64,000 nt of DNA from SAR86 cluster bacterium (GTDB lineage Bacteria > Pseudomonadota > Gammaproteobacteria > Magnimaribacterales > D2472), in the NCBI GenBank assembly GCA_003331645.1, contig QOPI01000003.1, positions 1,883 to 65,882 of the forward strand. The letters run 5' to 3'. Position numbers and translations under genes: made by a program. A model generated the notes under the pieces. That model had not been told where the DNA came from, did not search any database, and worked only from the letters and a program-made list of their open reading frames with translations. Below, one piece after another: positions 61,947-64,000 of this stretch. Each line of letters starts with the position of its first letter. The first letter of the stretch is position 1.

Positions 61947-61980
61947 TCATCCAAAAGTCAAAATTTGTTAAATATAAGAT

Positions 61981-62958
61981 ATGAATAAAAAATTAAAATA
62001 TTTATTTTTTTTAGTACTAAGCGTGCAGATAAATACTGAACCTTTATCGCTAGAAATTTTAGAGGTTTCTATAATTGATAGTTACAAAGTAAAAAAGCAA
62101 TTACCAGGAAAATTATTCCCAGTTCAACAATCTAAAGTTTCATTCCAAATTGGTGGAAAAATACAAAATATTTATGTAGATATTGGTGATAAAGTTTTAA
62201 AGGATGATATTTTAGCCGAATTAGACAATAGAGAAATAACTGCTAATTTAAATCAAGCAAAAGCTAAATACCAATTAGCTAGTCAGCTTTTAGATCGTTT
62301 TAAAGATTTAAAAGCTCAGGGGCATATATCAATTCAAGAACTTGATAAAGCTGAATCAGATTTTTTAGTAGCTCAGTCCCAATACGATTTTTATAAAGTC
62401 AAATTAGAACAAACTAAGATACTCGCACCTTTTAATGGCCTCATTCAAAGCCGTTATTTAGATGAGGGCTCAGTTATTAATCCAGGTTTACCAATCTTAG
62501 AAATAATAGATTCTGAGAAAGTTGAGGCACATGTGGCATTACCGCTATATCTTATAGATAAAATCTCTATGCAAGAATCTTTTACTTTTAATTTGAATGG
62601 CGAATCAATTAATGGTGTATTAAAAAGATTATCTCCCATGTCCCTTGGAGGTTCCAATAATAGACTAGCTATTTTTGAATTTAATACTTTTTTTGTTCCA
62701 GGAGCTGTAATCAATCTTGAATTAGAAATTAATGAAATCGAACGTGGAACATGGATACCCATTAAAGCTCTTTCTCAATCAGACGGCGGTTTATGGTCTG
62801 TATATATAGTTAATAAGAACAACTCTATTTCTAAAGAGTTGGTTGAAGTAATTTATTACGAAGGAAAAAATGTTTATGTCTCGGGGACTCTATCAGATGG
62901 TGATTTGGTAATTAAAGGCGGTGCAACAAAGGTTATAGAAGGACAATTAATTAATTAG
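61981..62958 (+). CDS. RND efflux periplasmic adaptor (membrane fusion protein)
   Basis: 325 aa. Signal/anchor, lipoyl-like GDKVLKDDILAELD, coiled-coil hairpin, beta-barrel ILAPFNGLI motif. Confidence 0.85.
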   Translation: MNKKLKYLFFLVLSVQINTEPLSLEILEVSIIDSYKVKKQLPGKLFPVQQSKVSFQIGGKIQNIYVDIGDKVLKDDILAELDNREITANLNQAKAKYQLASQLLDRFKDLKAQGHISIQELDKAESDFLVAQSQYDFYKVKLEQTKILAPFNGLIQSRYLDEGSVINPGLPILEIIDSEKVEAHVALPLYLIDKISMQESFTFNLNGESINGVLKRLSPMSLGGSNNRLAIFEFNTFFVPGAVINLELEINEIERGTWIPIKALSQSDGGLWSVYIVNKNNSISKELVEVIYYEGKNVYVSGTLSDGDLVIKGGATKVIEGQLIN

Positions 62959-62960
62959 TA

Positions 62961-64000
62961 ATGAGTTTAATTAATATTTTTATTGATAGGCCCAGGATTT
63001 TAATACTAACTTTGGTATTCATTTTATTAGCAGGAGCTTCATCATATATATCAATACCTCGACAAGAAAATCCTGAACTGGCTCAAAGATGGGCCTCTAT
63101 AATTGTTATAGATCCTGGCGCTTCTGCCTCAAGAATTGAAACTCAAGTTATTACTAAGCTTGAATCAGCTCTTCAAGAGATAATAGAAATTGAGAGACTT
63201 GATGCAAATATACAAGCAGGCTCAGCTCAAATGCTTATTGAGCTTGAAGATTATGTAACTTTTGATCTTATAGAACAGACTTGGTCTGAAATTTTAGACA
63301 AGATTGCACTAGTTGAGCCAATATTACCGAAAACAACTTCGGTAGAATTAATCCGCTCAAGCGGGCCCCCAATTTCTGTTCTGTATGCTTTGACCTGGAA
63401 AGGCCAAGGTGAAGCTCCAATTATTTTAATGTCTAGATTGGGCGATGAATTAAGAAGAAAACTAGCATTTGTAGATAATACTGAAAGAACTGGTTTATTT
63501 GGTATTGCTAATGAAGAGGTGTTAGTTGAAATAGACACCAATAAATTAGCGCTATTAAATTTATCTTTGGCACAAGTAAGTCAAGCACTTGCAAAGTATG
63601 ATAGTAAAAAACCTCTTGGAAAATCTTCAGATGCCAATAATGAAATCTTATTAAAAATAAAAGAAAATCTAGTCAATGTATCTCAAATTAAAGATCTACC
63701 AATCCAGGTTATTGATGGATATGGAGTAGTTAGGCTTCAAGATATAGCATCCGTAAAGAAAAAACCTTTTACACCCATTGAAGACATAGCATTAAGTAAT
63801 GGTAAGAGGACTGTATTAGTAGAAGCCAAAGCAGCATTTGGACAAAGAATTGACTTATACGTAGGGCAAGCTGATAAAGTTGCTGATGAGTTTCGAGAAG
63901 TCCTTCCGGATGAAATAGCTTTAGAAAATATTTATAGCGAATCTTTCTACACCAAAAAAATGTTCGATACACTAACAAGAAGCATTATTTATGCAATTAT
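62961..64000 (+). CDS. RND (AcrB/HAE family) efflux permease, N-terminal 346 codons, runs off the window (absent from the ORF track because it is open-ended)
   Basis: My translation from ATG 62961 reads MSLINIFIDRPRILILTLVFILLAGASSYISIPRQENPEL... and stays open to position 64000. This is the typical AcrB-family N-terminus and periplasmic porter-domain start. Confidence 0.85.
   Translation, partial: MSLINIFIDRPRILILTLVFILLAGASSYISIPRQENPELAQRWASIIVIDPGASASRIETQVITKLESALQEIIEIERLDANIQAGSAQMLIELEDYVTFDLIEQTWSEILDKIALVEPILPKTTSVELIRSSGPPISVLYALTWKGQGEAPIILMSRLGDELRRKLAFVDNTERTGLFGIANEEVLVEIDTNKLALLNLSLAQVSQALAKYDSKKPLGKSSDANNEILLKIKENLVNVSQIKDLPIQVIDGYGVVRLQDIASVKKKPFTPIEDIALSNGKRTVLVEAKAAFGQRIDLYVGQADKVADEFREVLPDEIALENIYSESFYTKKMFDTLTRSIIYAI

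Overview
This is an AT-rich, very compact stretch of a marine gammaproteobacterial chromosome. By my tally only about 2 kb of the 64 kb is intergenic, and many start/stop codons overlap. It most likely comes from a SAR86-type lineage. That is an inference from the proteorhodopsin at 22087-22839(-), which I recall as very close to the classic SAR86 BAC proteorhodopsin, and from skeletonised gammaproteobacterial synteny blocks: hemL/erpA, anmK-M23-tyrS, coaD/mutM, tolC...parE-parC, rsfS-rlmH-mrdA-rodA-mltB-dacA, holA-lptE-leuS, dsbD-aroQ-accBC and ilvD...trxA-rho...hemDC. I support about 62 protein genes, including two open-ended genes absent from the ORF track (hemL at the left edge, an RND pump at the right edge). 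I also support one tRNA-Ile(GAT), one TPP riboswitch, two clear intrinsic terminators, one consensus promoter and a repeated operator motif. I saw no rRNA, CRISPR array, IS element or intact prophage.

The points most worth a second look are:
- A tail-anchored protein with a recombinase-arm-binding-like N-terminus, sitting on six helically phased TGTACNCATA direct repeats next to the proteorhodopsin neighbourhood.
- A CrtW-like di-iron enzyme plus nitroreductase operon converging on a blue-tuned (Q105) proteorhodopsin.
- A higher-GC kinase plus NadM-like nucleotidyltransferase cassette beside a stand-alone tRNA-Ile.
- A 14-nt TetR-type operator shared between an RND efflux locus and tolC, about 33 kb away.
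- A TPP-riboswitch-controlled TonB receptor/PnuT/ThiK thiamine salvage operon.
- A stand-alone DsbD alpha domain.

All homology statements come from my own reading of motifs, not from database searches.
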